Part shown: piece by piece, positions 1 to 9,204 of the stretch | Position numbering within the stretch: position 1 is the first letter of the stretch | How the letters are laid out: every line of letters starts with the position of its first letter | Assembly (NCBI GenBank): GCA_947460975.1 | Contig: CANHGO010000002.1 | Span: 132,427 to 196,426, forward strand | DNA from: Cytophagaceae bacterium | Lineage (GTDB): Bacteria > Bacteroidota > Bacteroidia > Cytophagales > Spirosomataceae | DNA: 64,000 bases | Reading direction: 5' to 3' | Position numbers and translations under genes: made by a program | Notes under the pieces: generated by a model | Databases searched by the model: none | What the model was told of the DNA's origin: nothing | Seen by the model: the letters and a program-made list of their open reading frames with translations, nothing else

Positions 1-203
1 GATTGGTTGTGGAACAAAATAAACGAATTGCTGAAGGCCGGAAGGATTATAGATTACCATTCAGGCCAGATCACGGACATCGCATGTTAGACGATTTACA
101 AGAGGGCAAAAAGACGAATCCGGGGTATACGGCAATTGGCCGATTGAGGGGATTGGCGGAATTACGTGGGTTGGAATTGGGAATCCGTGGATTTGTCAAA
201 TAA
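1..203 (+). CDS. uxuA: Mannonate dehydratase, C-terminal fragment (gene begins upstream of the window)
   Basis: The C-terminal motif [35 protein letters not shown] is characteristic of UxuA. Confidence 0.9.
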   Translation, partial: LVVEQNKRIAEGRKDYRLPFRPDHGHRMLDDLQEGKKTNPGYTAIGRLRGLAELRGLELGIRGFVK

Positions 204-219
204 TTTTATTGATTCGTAT

Positions 220-249
220 TTTGTTTTTCGTTTCAATTTATTAACTTTG
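220..249 (+). promoter_or_regulatory. Bacteroidota sigma-A promoter for rpsL-rpsG
   Basis: TTTG at 220-223 and TAACTTTG (TAnnTTTG) at 242-249. Confidence 0.7.
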
Positions 250-342
250 CACCCCCGTTAGTATGGGATAACTCAATCGTATGAGTATCATTTGCTGCTG
301 GGATTTAATAGAATTTATATTTAAACAGGTAATTACGCTAAA

Positions 343-747
343 ATGCCAACTATTCAGCAATTAGTGCGCAAGGGACGTGAGCAAATGACTTGGAAATCTA
401 AGTCACCTGCTTTGGATTCTTGTCCACAGAGAAGAGGGGTTTGTACACGTGTATACACGACGACTCCAAAGAAACCAAACTCAGCGATGCGTAAAGTAGC
501 GCGTGTACGTTTGACAAACCAAAAAGAAGTGAATGCTTACATTCCAGGTGAGGGTCACAACTTGCAAGAGCACTCGATCGTATTGATTCGTGGTGGTCGT
601 GTAAAAGACTTACCGGGTGTGCGTTATCACATTATTCGTGGAGCATTAGATACGGCCGGAGTAACGGGTCGTTTACAATCTCGTTCGAAGTATGGTGCTA
701 AGCGTCCAAAACCAGGACAGGCAGCTCCAACAGGTAAAAAGAAATAA
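343..747 (+). CDS. rpsL: 30S ribosomal protein S12
   Basis: [26 protein letters not shown] and [11 protein letters not shown] motifs. Confidence 0.99.
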   Translation: MPTIQQLVRKGREQMTWKSKSPALDSCPQRRGVCTRVYTTTPKKPNSAMRKVARVRLTNQKEVNAYIPGEGHNLQEHSIVLIRGGRVKDLPGVRYHIIRGALDTAGVTGRLQSRSKYGAKRPKPGQAAPTGKKK

Positions 748-818
748 TTATTAACAGAACGATCCAGTATGCCATTGTTAAAGGCAGAAGGTTGGGTCAA
801 TTTTAAAAAACAAACAAA

Positions 819-1286
819 ATGAGAAAGGCGAAACCAAAAAAACGCTACGTATTACCAGATCCTAAATTCAAGGATGTATTAGTGACCAAGTTTGTCAATA
901 ACTTGATGTATGATGGAAAGAAATCGACTGCATTTACTATTTTTTATGATGCATTGGATAAAGTGGAAGATCGTACTAAAGAGAACGGATTAGAGACTTG
1001 GAAAAAAGCATTAAACAATGTTATGCCATCAGTCGAGGTTAAGAGCCGTCGTGTGGGTGGTGCTAACTTTCAGGTTCCAACAGAAGTGCGCGCTGAACGC
1101 AAAGTTTCATTGGGAATGAAATGGTTAATTTTATATGCGAGAAAGCGTGGCGATAAAACCATGATGGATCGCTTAGCCAATGAAATCATTGCTGCTGCCA
1201 AAGGTGAAGGTGCAGCAGTTAAGAAGAAAGATGATACGCATAGAATGGCAGAGGCGAACAAAGCGTTCTCTCACTTCCGTTTCTAG
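819..1286 (+). CDS. rpsG: 30S ribosomal protein S7
   Basis: [12 protein letters not shown] and [15 protein letters not shown] motifs; follows rpsL. Confidence 0.99.
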   Translation: MRKAKPKKRYVLPDPKFKDVLVTKFVNNLMYDGKKSTAFTIFYDALDKVEDRTKENGLETWKKALNNVMPSVEVKSRRVGGANFQVPTEVRAERKVSLGMKWLILYARKRGDKTMMDRLANEIIAAAKGEGAAVKKKDDTHRMAEANKAFSHFRF

Positions 1287-1305
1287 TCGTTATTTATATG
1301 ATTTT

Positions 1306-1338
1306 AAAAGGCTGTTCGATCACGAGCAGCCTTTTTTT
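1306..1338 (+). terminator. Intrinsic terminator after rpsG
   Basis: AAAAGGCTGTTCG-ATCA-CGAGCAGCC stem-loop followed by a T7 run. Confidence 0.85.
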
Positions 1339-1445
1339 ATGGGCCTAATATTCAAGCAATGAAACAAAAATTTCATTTCAGTTTTCCGAAAATTAGTTAA
1401 TCGATTGGTTTAATAGGCTTTTTGTGAATTCAGTTAAATATTTAG

Positions 1446-1453
1446 TAGCTTTG
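1446..1453 (+). promoter_or_regulatory. -7 promoter box for the Rrf2 regulator
   Basis: TAGCTTTG, 20 nt before the ATG. Confidence 0.6.
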
Positions 1454-1473
1454 ATGATAATTCAACAAGCAAA

Positions 1474-1881
1474 ATGATATCTAAGAAAGCAAAATATGCG
1501 TTGAAGGCGCTAAAGGTTTTAGCTCAATCGTATGAGAAAGGCCCATTATTGATTTCACATATTGCAGAATCTGAAAATATTCCCAAAAAGTTTTTGGAAG
1601 CTATTTTATTAGAATTACGAAACCATGGGATCTTGCAGAGTCAAAAAGGGAAAGGGGGCGGATACTATTTGCGCATTCCTCCAGACCAAGTAACATTTGC
1701 CAAGATCATTCGGATTGTAGATGGACCTATTGCCCCAGCTTTATGTGTTTCTTTGCATTTTTACGGTAAATGTGATGATTGTGCGGACGAAGAAACTTGT
1801 AAATTGAGGAGTGTGTTAGCCAAATGGCGCGATGCCAATTTATCGGTTTTAGAAAAGACTACTTTGGAGGAACTTATTTAA
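1474..1881 (+). CDS. Rrf2-family (IscR/CymR-like) transcriptional regulator
   Basis: IAESENIPKKFLEAILLELR helix-turn-helix, S.KGKGGGY wing, and a C-terminal Cys cluster (CVS...CDDC.....C). Confidence 0.92.
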   Translation: MISKKAKYALKALKVLAQSYEKGPLLISHIAESENIPKKFLEAILLELRNHGILQSQKGKGGGYYLRIPPDQVTFAKIIRIVDGPIAPALCVSLHFYGKCDDCADEETCKLRSVLAKWRDANLSVLEKTTLEELI

Positions 1882-1900
1882 GAGATAAGTCAAATCATAC

Positions 1901-1938
1901 AAAAAAAAGAGCTCGATATATAATCGAGCTCTTTTTTT
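1901..1938. terminator. Bidirectional intrinsic terminator between convergent genes
   Basis: A8-GAGCTCGAT...ATCGAGCTC-T7. Confidence 0.88.
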
Positions 1939-2662
1939 ATTCAAATAAGTGATCTAAATTTTTCAATTTAACTTCTTCTGTTTCCAACTCTAAAAATTCT
2001 TCCCAGAATGGATTTTCTGGAACAGCCGCTTTACAGATGATAGGTGTTTGTTTGATGGGATGTATAAAGTATAGTCGGCGCGCATGTAAATTGATACTCG
2101 CGTCAATATTAGGCTTGTCATAGCCGTATTTTATATCTCCGCGAATCGGGCATCCCAACGAAGCTAACTGCACCCGTATTTGGTGTGGCCGACCGGTTAT
2201 AGGCTCCACTTCGATTAAATAATGGAGATTGATTTTGCCGATCAATTTATAATTTAGTTCTGCTTTTTGTGCTTTATCCTCTGGATAATCTAAGGCCGTT
2301 GTTACATTTTTTGCCTCATTCTTGATCAGATAGTGGGTTAATTTGCCCTTGATTGGATCCGGTTTTCTCCTCGTAATAGCCCAATATGTTTTTTGAATAT
2401 CTCTTTTGCGGAACAATTCATTCATTCTTTCAAGGGCCTTTGACGTTCTTGCGAATACAACTAAGCCACTGACCGGTCTATCTAATCGGTGAACAGGATG
2501 TAGAAAAACAGCCCCTGGTTTTTGGTACTTTTCTTTGATGTAATCTTTCAATACATCGGTGAGTGTTCGGTCCCCAGTACTATCCCCTTGGACAAGAATA
2601 CCTGCTCGTTTATTTACGATTAGGAGGTGATTGTCTTCATATACAATGTGATAGTCTTTCAT
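1937..2662 (-). CDS. RluA-family RNA pseudouridine synthase
   Basis: VNKRAG, HRLDRPVSG (catalytic Asp) and TGRPHQIRVQL motifs. Confidence 0.93.
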   Translation of the reverse strand: MKDYHIVYEDNHLLIVNKRAGILVQGDSTGDRTLTDVLKDYIKEKYQKPGAVFLHPVHRLDRPVSGLVVFARTSKALERMNELFRKRDIQKTYWAITRRKPDPIKGKLTHYLIKNEAKNVTTALDYPEDKAQKAELNYKLIGKINLHYLIEVEPITGRPHQIRVQLASLGCPIRGDIKYGYDKPNIDASINLHARRLYFIHPIKQTPIICKAAVPENPFWEEFLELETEEVKLKNLDHLFE

Positions 2663-2706
2663 TATTATGTCAATTTTCCCTAAATCGAGATCAACAAAGG
2701 GGGATG

Positions 2707-2714
2707 CAAAGGTA
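2707..2714 (-). promoter_or_regulatory. -7 promoter box for the RluA-family gene
   Basis: TACCTTTG on the minus strand. Confidence 0.65.
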
Positions 2715-2835
2715 GGATTATTTTGTGAAATTATTTCTCGATAATATTTTAATTTCTTGTGCTAAGAGGATCATGTCTGAAAACTCAATGATTCTTTACT
2801 GTATATGTTTGGTTACAATTTCAAACCCCATCTTT

Positions 2836-2879
2836 TTACCTCTTACCTATTACCTATTACTTCTTACCTTATTTACCTA
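2836..2879. repeat. Degenerate heptamer tandem repeat (TTACCTA-like, about 6 units)
   Basis: TTACCTC TTACCTA TTACCTA TTACTTC TTACCTT at TTACCTA, directly at the GNAT stop codon. Confidence 0.7.
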
Positions 2880-3304
2880 ATCTCCTTTTTCATTCGATAA
2901 TGTTGAATCTCCCCAAACAATAAATAGGATTCTTTCTCAATGACATATCCAATGGATTTATAAAATGGAACGGCATTTTCACGCGCTTCTAAGATGATTT
3001 CTTGAATCCCCATGGTCATCGCCTTCTCTTCTAAATGCAACATAATGGCCTTTCCCACACCCTTTCCTTGCGCCTCGGCTGCCACAGCAACACACCTAAC
3101 TTGGCCTTGATTCTCTCCAGACTTGTGCATCCTGGCAACCCCAATAATTTGATCATCTTCTATGACCATGGCATGAATAGCTTCCGATTCATCTGCCAAT
3201 ACTTCCGAGCCCAATGGCTGATTCCATGGCGCTCTCAGTATGGTGAAACGAAGTCGATAATAAGACTCCCATTCATCTTGGCTTATTGGACTTTTAATGA
3301 TCAT
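2873..3304 (-). CDS. GNAT-family N-acetyltransferase (YiiD/ElaA-like)
   Basis: VAV...QGKGVG acetyl-CoA motif and ARENAVPFY.SIGY. Confidence 0.88.
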   Translation of the reverse strand: MIIKSPISQDEWESYYRLRFTILRAPWNQPLGSEVLADESEAIHAMVIEDDQIIGVARMHKSGENQGQVRCVAVAAEAQGKGVGKAIMLHLEEKAMTMGIQEIILEARENAVPFYKSIGYVIEKESYLLFGEIQHYRMKKEIR

Positions 3305-3329
3305 ATATTTTTTGGCTTCCTGATCTATG

Positions 3330-3371
3330 AAAAAAAAGGAGCCCTAATAAGTTTTTCTCTCTAGGGCTCCT
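3330..3371 (-). terminator. Intrinsic terminator downstream of rny
   Basis: 10-bp stem AGGAGCCCTA/TAGGGCTCCT (3337-3346 and 3362-3371) with a U-tract on the minus strand. Confidence 0.75.
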
Positions 3372-3419
3372 CAATTAATTTTTACGATTCAATGAACCTC
3401 ATGCAAGGCTTATCCTATT

Positions 3420-5003
3420 TTATTTGGCAAAATTAACTGCGCGCATTTCACGGATAACAGTCACTTTGATTTGACCCGGATATTGCATCTCTTTTTCTAT
3501 TTTTTGAGAAATATCAAACGATAGGTTGGATGCTTTTTCATCACTTACATTTTCCGAGTCAACTAAAATACGCAATTCACGTCCTGCTTGAATCGCATAA
3601 CATTTTTGAACCCCGTCAAATGAAGTAGCCAAGGCCTCTAAATCCCTTAAACGCTTCATATAAGACTCCATCATCTCTCTTCTCGCCCCAGGTCTTGAAC
3701 CTGAAATGGCATCACAAACTTGAATGATGGGAGAGATCATCGACGTCATCTCAGTTTCATCATGGTGTGCGCCGATCGCGTTACACACTTCTGGATGCTC
3801 TTTGTATTTAAGCGCCAATTCCATCCCTAATAGTGCGTGAGGTAATTCAGGCTCTTCATGCCAAACTTTTCCTATGTCGTGCAATAAACCAGCACGCTTG
3901 GCTAATTTGGCATTTAAGCCCAACTCCGCGGCCATGGTAGCACATAACTTCGCCACCTCTCTAGAATGTTGCAAAAGATTTTGTCCATAAGAGGAACGAA
4001 ACCTCATCCGACCTATCATCTTAATTAACTCTGGATGTAAGCCATGAATACCTAGTTCGATGACCGTTTTTTCCCCAATCTCGATGATTTCATCATCAAT
4101 ATTTTTTTTGGTCTTATTGACTACTTCTTCAATACGCGCAGGGTGAATACGTCCATCTTGTACCAAGCGATGCAACGATAAGCGCGCAATCTCTCTTCTA
4201 ACCGGATCAAATCCTGAAATGATAATTGCCTCTGGTGTATCATCTACGATAAATTCTACTCCTGTAGCCGCCTCTAAAGCACGAATATTTCTACCCTCTC
4301 GGCCAATAATCTTTCCTTTTACATCATCTGATTCAATGTTGAAAACCGAAACGCAGTTTTCAATCGCATTTTCCGCAGCCGTTCTCTGAATCGTCTCAAT
4401 GACAATTTTCTTCGCCTCTTTGGTTGCAGTTAATTTCGCTTCCTCGATGGCCTGCTTAACTAAAGAACTGGCCTTGCTTTCAGCCTCCGACTTCAAAGCC
4501 TCCATGATTTGTTCACGAGCTTCCGCTGCTGATAAATTGGCAATTTTCTCCAATTGACTAATCTGGTTTGCCAGCATTTCATCTGCCTCAGCGCGTTTTT
4601 TCTCTACCTCTTCAAGTTTCTTGCGGTAGTTTTCTTCCTTGGATTGAATGCTTTGCTTTTGCGCCTGCAAATCTTGATCGGCTAGTTTTTGCTGCTCTTG
4701 TTGTTGCGCTAAAACTCTCTCCTTTTCCCTTAAAATTTGCTCATTTTCTTGTAAGATACCCTTCTTAGCTTGAGTTTCTTCCTCAAACTCACCACGCAGA
4801 CGGAGGAAATTTTCCTTGGCCTCCAACATGCGATCTTTCTTTAAATTTTCTGCTGAGACTTCAGCATTTTTCAAGATATCATCAGCCTTTCTTTTAGCCT
4901 CATCTTCGAAATTTTTATTGGCTTTTGAAAAGAATACTTTTCCAGCGAATACGCCCCCTGCTAATGATAACAATGGGATAATAATACTTAATATGCTCGA
5001 CAT
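3420..5003 (-). CDS. rny: Ribonuclease Y
   Basis: N-terminal TM helix, coiled coil, KH domain ([13 protein letters not shown]), HD domain (LLHDIGK) and AIQAGRE motif. Confidence 0.97.
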   Translation of the reverse strand: MSSILSIIIPLLSLAGGVFAGKVFFSKANKNFEDEAKRKADDILKNAEVSAENLKKDRMLEAKENFLRLRGEFEEETQAKKGILQENEQILREKERVLAQQQEQQKLADQDLQAQKQSIQSKEENYRKKLEEVEKKRAEADEMLANQISQLEKIANLSAAEAREQIMEALKSEAESKASSLVKQAIEEAKLTATKEAKKIVIETIQRTAAENAIENCVSVFNIESDDVKGKIIGREGRNIRALEAATGVEFIVDDTPEAIIISGFDPVRREIARLSLHRLVQDGRIHPARIEEVVNKTKKNIDDEIIEIGEKTVIELGIHGLHPELIKMIGRMRFRSSYGQNLLQHSREVAKLCATMAAELGLNAKLAKRAGLLHDIGKVWHEEPELPHALLGMELALKYKEHPEVCNAIGAHHDETEMTSMISPIIQVCDAISGSRPGARREMMESYMKRLRDLEALATSFDGVQKCYAIQAGRELRILVDSENVSDEKASNLSFDISQKIEKEMQYPGQIKVTVIREMRAVNFAK

Positions 5004-5054
5004 AGAACGAATGTGTTTATTACATGAGTCCCAAAAAGCCTTGAAAAAATTTGA

Positions 5055-5345
5055 TTATAAAGTGAACTCCTCAGCCATCACGAGCAATTGCTCGTTTTCC
5101 GCTTGAACATCTTCTAGCAAATTAGTTTTTTCCGATTCAAATTTTAATCCACACATAGCTAAATCTAAGGCCACCAACGCCATTACAGCGTTTGGATCTG
5201 AACTATTGGCCTTTTTTTCGTAAAATTTAACTAATCGGTTAACTAATAATGCCGCATTGCGCACACAAAACTCTTCTTCTTTATTTACCCGCAAGGACAC
5301 TGTTTGTATTCCTAATAATAAATTGCAGGGTAATTGTTGGCTCAT
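5055..5345 (-). CDS. zapA: Cell division protein ZapA (divergent)
   Basis: 96 aa with the ZapA-like pattern (LRVNKEEEFCVRNAA...MALVALDLA); lies directly upstream of rny, as is usual in Bacteroidota. Confidence 0.7.
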   Translation of the reverse strand: MSQQLPCNLLLGIQTVSLRVNKEEEFCVRNAALLVNRLVKFYEKKANSSDPNAVMALVALDLAMCGLKFESEKTNLLEDVQAENEQLLVMAEEFTL

Positions 5346-5671
5346 GTTTTGCGTAATTGCTCAATACAATGATCTATTTCAACTATATATTTATCTAACG
5401 TTTTCTTCAGCTCAGCAGTTGGGACCGCCGTGTTGTTTGTACTAACTACAATTTTACCAAATTTATCTGATTTTTTAAAGTTTTTCTCTAATTCTTTTGC
5501 GGCTTGGCTCGATAAATTAAGTTCCCTATTTTTCTCATCTAGCAGGGTTTTTAATCTGTCAACCTCCCTTTCCAGTTCTTTGATGGTCCCTTGATTTTCT
5601 TGCAAACGCAATACCATTTGGCTGATTTTCAGCTTTAAGGTTAAATATTGCGTTTTTAATTCCTGTTTCAT
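5342..5671 (-). CDS. Coiled-coil protein upstream of zapA (ZapB-like)
   Basis: All-helical coiled coil with C-terminal YIVEIDHCIEQL; overlaps the zapA start. Confidence 0.65.
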   Translation of the reverse strand: MKQELKTQYLTLKLKISQMVLRLQENQGTIKELEREVDRLKTLLDEKNRELNLSSQAAKELEKNFKKSDKFGKIVVSTNNTAVPTAELKKTLDKYIVEIDHCIEQLRKT

Positions 5672-5683
5672 TTGACCTTTAAA

Positions 5684-7180
5684 TTAATGTTTTAACTTAA
5701 ATTTTCCTCCGCCTTTCCAAGAAAATTCGAAGGCCACAACAAATAAAAGTAAAATAAAGACACCTATATTTTCGCGGACGATGTTCGGAAGATCTATGAT
5801 GACTTGAATTTCATGTCCGACCTCAATACATAAATACCCTAGAACAATATATAACAATCCGGCTTTCCAACGATACGGTATGGGATCAAATTTTTGACCA
5901 CCTAAATAACACAAGATCATCATGACTAAGCTTGACGCCAGAAAAGACCAGGCGCAAGCCATATATCCGTATTTTGGGATAAAAATAATATTTCCAACAA
6001 CCGTTGTAACTAATCCAATTAGCGTAATGATGGTCCCCATGTAGGTTTTATTCGTTTTTTTAAACCAGACAGATTGGGTATAATAAACACCTAAAAACAA
6101 ATTGGCCAAAAGTAAAATGGGAACAATTCCAATGCCCTCCCAATAAATTTCCCTTCTTAAAAATAAAGTCTTAATCCAAAATAAATTGACCGAAACCCCC
6201 ACCCATAAAAATGTACAAATAATAATAAACCAGTGTGTCACTAAGGCCAAATTGGACTGATCGTTGGCCTCCGTTTTTTTCCCCAGAAAAAAAGGTTCAG
6301 CCGAATATTTAAAGGCCTGAATGGCCAAGCTCATAAAGACAGATAGTTTATAGCAATTGCCATAAATACCTAAGGCATCTTGAGAACTTCTTCCAGGATA
6401 AAAAGATTCAGGTAAAAATTCCTCGAGCAGTAATCGGTCAAACATCAAATTGAACATGGCGGCTAAGCTCATGAACATAATGGGATAAGAATAGACCCAC
6501 AGAGATCTTAATTCGGCCCAGTTCCAGGTCCATTTAAACACTTTGAACTCTGCTTTGAGCCAATAAAACAAGGACGCATTGCCAATTAAGTTGGCCAGAA
6601 AAATATACCCTGCGCCGACCTCTGGTTTATATACGTTCTTCAAAAACTCAGGCCCAGTCCCTTGCTCATGCATAGGTTTTAAAACGAGGAGAATGATTAA
6701 ATTTAGTCCAACGTTAATTAAAATGGAAACAATTTTCGCTTGAACAAATGTTCGAATTTTGTTTTCTAATCGGAGCTTGGCAAATGGGATGGCTGTGATG
6801 GCGTCAATGGCTAAAATTAGGGCCAACCACTTTAAAAATATACCCTTATTTTCATACCCTAATTGGGCCATGATGGGATCCGAAAACAGAAATAAACAGA
6901 GCGTAAATAATCCTGAGGTGGCGATAATCGCCGTTAAAATGATGTTGTAATATTTAGCTGGAGCCTCTTTGGCATACCTGAAATAGGCCGTTTCCATGCC
7001 ATAGGTATAGATGATATTAGCTATGGCCATGTAGCCATATAATTTGACATTAATGCCTAATTCCGCTGGTAAAAATGCGATTGTATGAACAAATACAAGT
7101 AAAAAATTAAGGGAACGCCCTAATATGGTACTGAATCCATACGATAGAGTTTCACCCGCTAATTTTTTTAGAATAGACAT
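5684..7180 (-). CDS. Polysaccharide/oligosaccharide flippase (Wzx/MOP superfamily)
   Basis: About 12-14 TM segments; N-terminal LKKLAGET..YG.STILGR and YGMETAYFR. Confidence 0.8.
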   Translation of the reverse strand: MSILKKLAGETLSYGFSTILGRSLNFLLVFVHTIAFLPAELGINVKLYGYMAIANIIYTYGMETAYFRYAKEAPAKYYNIILTAIIATSGLFTLCLFLFSDPIMAQLGYENKGIFLKWLALILAIDAITAIPFAKLRLENKIRTFVQAKIVSILINVGLNLIILLVLKPMHEQGTGPEFLKNVYKPEVGAGYIFLANLIGNASLFYWLKAEFKVFKWTWNWAELRSLWVYSYPIMFMSLAAMFNLMFDRLLLEEFLPESFYPGRSSQDALGIYGNCYKLSVFMSLAIQAFKYSAEPFFLGKKTEANDQSNLALVTHWFIIICTFLWVGVSVNLFWIKTLFLRREIYWEGIGIVPILLLANLFLGVYYTQSVWFKKTNKTYMGTIITLIGLVTTVVGNIIFIPKYGYMACAWSFLASSLVMMILCYLGGQKFDPIPYRWKAGLLYIVLGYLCIEVGHEIQVIIDLPNIVRENIGVFILLLFVVAFEFSWKGGGKFKLKH

Positions 7181-7200
7181 GTGTTAAAGTTTGTCAATTC

Positions 7201-7208
7201 CAAAGGTA
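7201..7208 (-). promoter_or_regulatory. -7 promoter box for the flippase-zapB-zapA-rny operon
   Basis: TACCTTTG on the minus strand, 20 nt before the start. Confidence 0.65.
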
Positions 7209-7232
7209 CAAATTTCTGTTGGATTGGGTAAT

Positions 7233-8006
7233 TTATGGTTTTTGATATCCGATCGTTTGATAAAATTGCTCCGAGTAATTATCAGAAAGGGGGATATGGT
7301 TTTCGCCAATTTTGATTTTCTGATTTCGGATGGATTCTACTTTTTTTAAGGAAACGATGAAAGACTTATGGATTCTTTGAAATTCAGCCGAAGGCAGTTT
7401 TTCCTCAATTAATTTCATCGTCATTCGGCAAACCACCGGAAACTTCTGGGTTCTCAAGTGAATTTTAATGTAATCTTTTAAGCCTTCAATGTATAAAATA
7501 TCTTCCAGCATGATCTTCATCAACGAATAATCTGCATGAATGAAGATGTATTCCATTTTTTCAATCACCGGAATTTGCGCTTGAACCTGCACATTTTTGC
7601 TTTTGAAATAATCCAGAGCTTTATGAGTGGCTTTTAAAAAGCGATCAAATGAGATGGGCTTAAGCACATAATCAATCACGTCTAAGTTAAAACCCTCTAA
7701 AGCGTATTGTTGGTATGCCGTCACAAAAATCACCATTGGTTTCTGTGTTAGGCCCTCTAAAAATTGGACTCCCGTGATTCCGGGCATCTGAATATCTAAG
7801 AAAATCAGATCGATTTCATTTTCTTGGAGATATTCCAATGCCTCAAAGGCATTTCTGCATCTTTTTTCTAGTTTTAAAAAAGGGACTTTGGCGATGTTAT
7901 CTTCCACTAAATCAAGGGCAAGATTCTCATCATCTACCGCTAAACATCTTAGAACAACCTTGGGAAGGGCTGTAAATTCCTCGATTTTCTCTTCCTCTTC
8001 TTCCAT
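7233..8006 (-). CDS. LytTR/AlgR-family response regulator
   Basis: Receiver domain (VDDE, FLDIQMP, DYVLKP) plus LytTR domain (FQRIHKSFIV). Confidence 0.95.
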   Translation of the reverse strand: MEEEEEKIEEFTALPKVVLRCLAVDDENLALDLVEDNIAKVPFLKLEKRCRNAFEALEYLQENEIDLIFLDIQMPGITGVQFLEGLTQKPMVIFVTAYQQYALEGFNLDVIDYVLKPISFDRFLKATHKALDYFKSKNVQVQAQIPVIEKMEYIFIHADYSLMKIMLEDILYIEGLKDYIKIHLRTQKFPVVCRMTMKLIEEKLPSAEFQRIHKSFIVSLKKVESIRNQKIKIGENHIPLSDNYSEQFYQTIGYQKP

Positions 8007-8007
8007 G

Positions 8008-9066
8008 TTAAATGTGTCTTATCGTAAGCTCAACCAAATAACTATCTTCCTTTTCGTGAATATTTAATTCATGCTGATCAGGGTACAAAAGCTCTAATCG
8101 CCTGCGCACATTAGCTAAGCCTATCCCAGAACTTTCATCTTTTATTTCTGAATTTTGTTTACTCACTTTATTAACAACACTGAAAAATAAAGCCTTTTTA
8201 TCATCGTTCAGTTCGATTTCAATGCTGGGGTTTTCAACCATTCCAACGCCATGTTTGAATGCGTTTTCCACAAAAGGAATAAGCAACATGGGTTCTATGC
8301 TAGAAGGTGTGGAACTTAATTGGTGTTTGAAGTCGATCTTAATGTCATTGCCAAATCGTAAACGCTGCAGTTCAATATAACTTTCTAAATAACTAAACTC
8401 CTTGTCAATGCTTACCTTTGAATCAATCGTTTCATAAATCATGTACCGCATTAATTCGGACAATTTAATTACCACAGGTTCCACCATTTCGGGCTTTCTT
8501 CTTGACAAAGAAACAATGCTATTGAGGACATTGAACATGAAATGGGGGCTGATTTGAGATCTCAAGAATGACAATTCAGATTTTAATCGCTCGTTTTCCT
8601 CCTCTTTTTTAACCTCTTGATCTGTCATGTTATCCGAAAGGAATCGATAACTTATACCAATGGCCACAATAAATAATAATTGGAATATAATCCTTAATGA
8701 GGTCCCTCTCCTAAACCCATTGCCTCTGGGCCCCCCGCCATTCGCCATTTCAGGAAAAAATAACTTAAATAATTCCTCATGAAACCAAAGCATTAATGAC
8801 AAAGAAATTACGAGCATTACTATGTAAATGAAAACACCCCTATTTTTTAGGATTTTTCTTAACAAAAATTCTGTATTGAAGTAAAAGAGGGGAATGTTGA
8901 ATAATCCAAAAACGACAAAAAACATATTCCATTGGAAATGTCGCTCAATTTCTCGTGGATTACTAGAGGCTGTATTGGGTCCTAATAAAAGGGGTAATGC
9001 CAAAAAACATATCCAAAAAAAGATATGTAAGAGTATGGGCCTAAGCTTCCAATGTAGTTTCGACAT
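8008..9066 (-). CDS. LytS/YehU-family membrane sensor histidine kinase
   Basis: N-terminal TM helices, LRSQISPHFMFNVLN H-box, PFVENAFKHG and SGIGLANV. Confidence 0.95.
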   Translation of the reverse strand: MSKLHWKLRPILLHIFFWICFLALPLLLGPNTASSNPREIERHFQWNMFFVVFGLFNIPLFYFNTEFLLRKILKNRGVFIYIVMLVISLSLMLWFHEELFKLFFPEMANGGGPRGNGFRRGTSLRIIFQLLFIVAIGISYRFLSDNMTDQEVKKEEENERLKSELSFLRSQISPHFMFNVLNSIVSLSRRKPEMVEPVVIKLSELMRYMIYETIDSKVSIDKEFSYLESYIELQRLRFGNDIKIDFKHQLSSTPSSIEPMLLIPFVENAFKHGVGMVENPSIEIELNDDKKALFFSVVNKVSKQNSEIKDESSGIGLANVRRRLELLYPDQHELNIHEKEDSYLVELTIRHI

Positions 9067-9127
9067 AATTTTCTTTAGGGGAGTAAATCCAAATTAAAAC
9101 AAAATCGCTTATATTACTAAAAGTTTT

Positions 9128-9175
9128 TCTACGAGTGTCCCTTTTTTGCCGATGAAATAGCTAAAAGGATATTTG
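9128..9175 (+). promoter_or_regulatory. Candidate LytTR-type direct repeat plus a non-consensus -7 box
   Basis: TCTACGAG (9128-9135) and CCGATGAA (9149-9156) repeat at a 21-nt period; GATATTTG at 9168-9175. Confidence 0.35.
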
Positions 9176-9204
9176 TAAATTACATTAAACCTATTAAAAC
9201 GAAC

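Noticed and set aside
3035-3364. 109-aa + strand ORF, and the many other 60-130 aa ORFs overlapping annotated genes
   Set aside because: They are antisense or alternative-frame shadows of well-supported genes, with no motifs or independent expression signals.
5004-5054. 6S RNA between zapA and rny
   Set aside because: The gap is only about 50 nt, too short for a 6S RNA.
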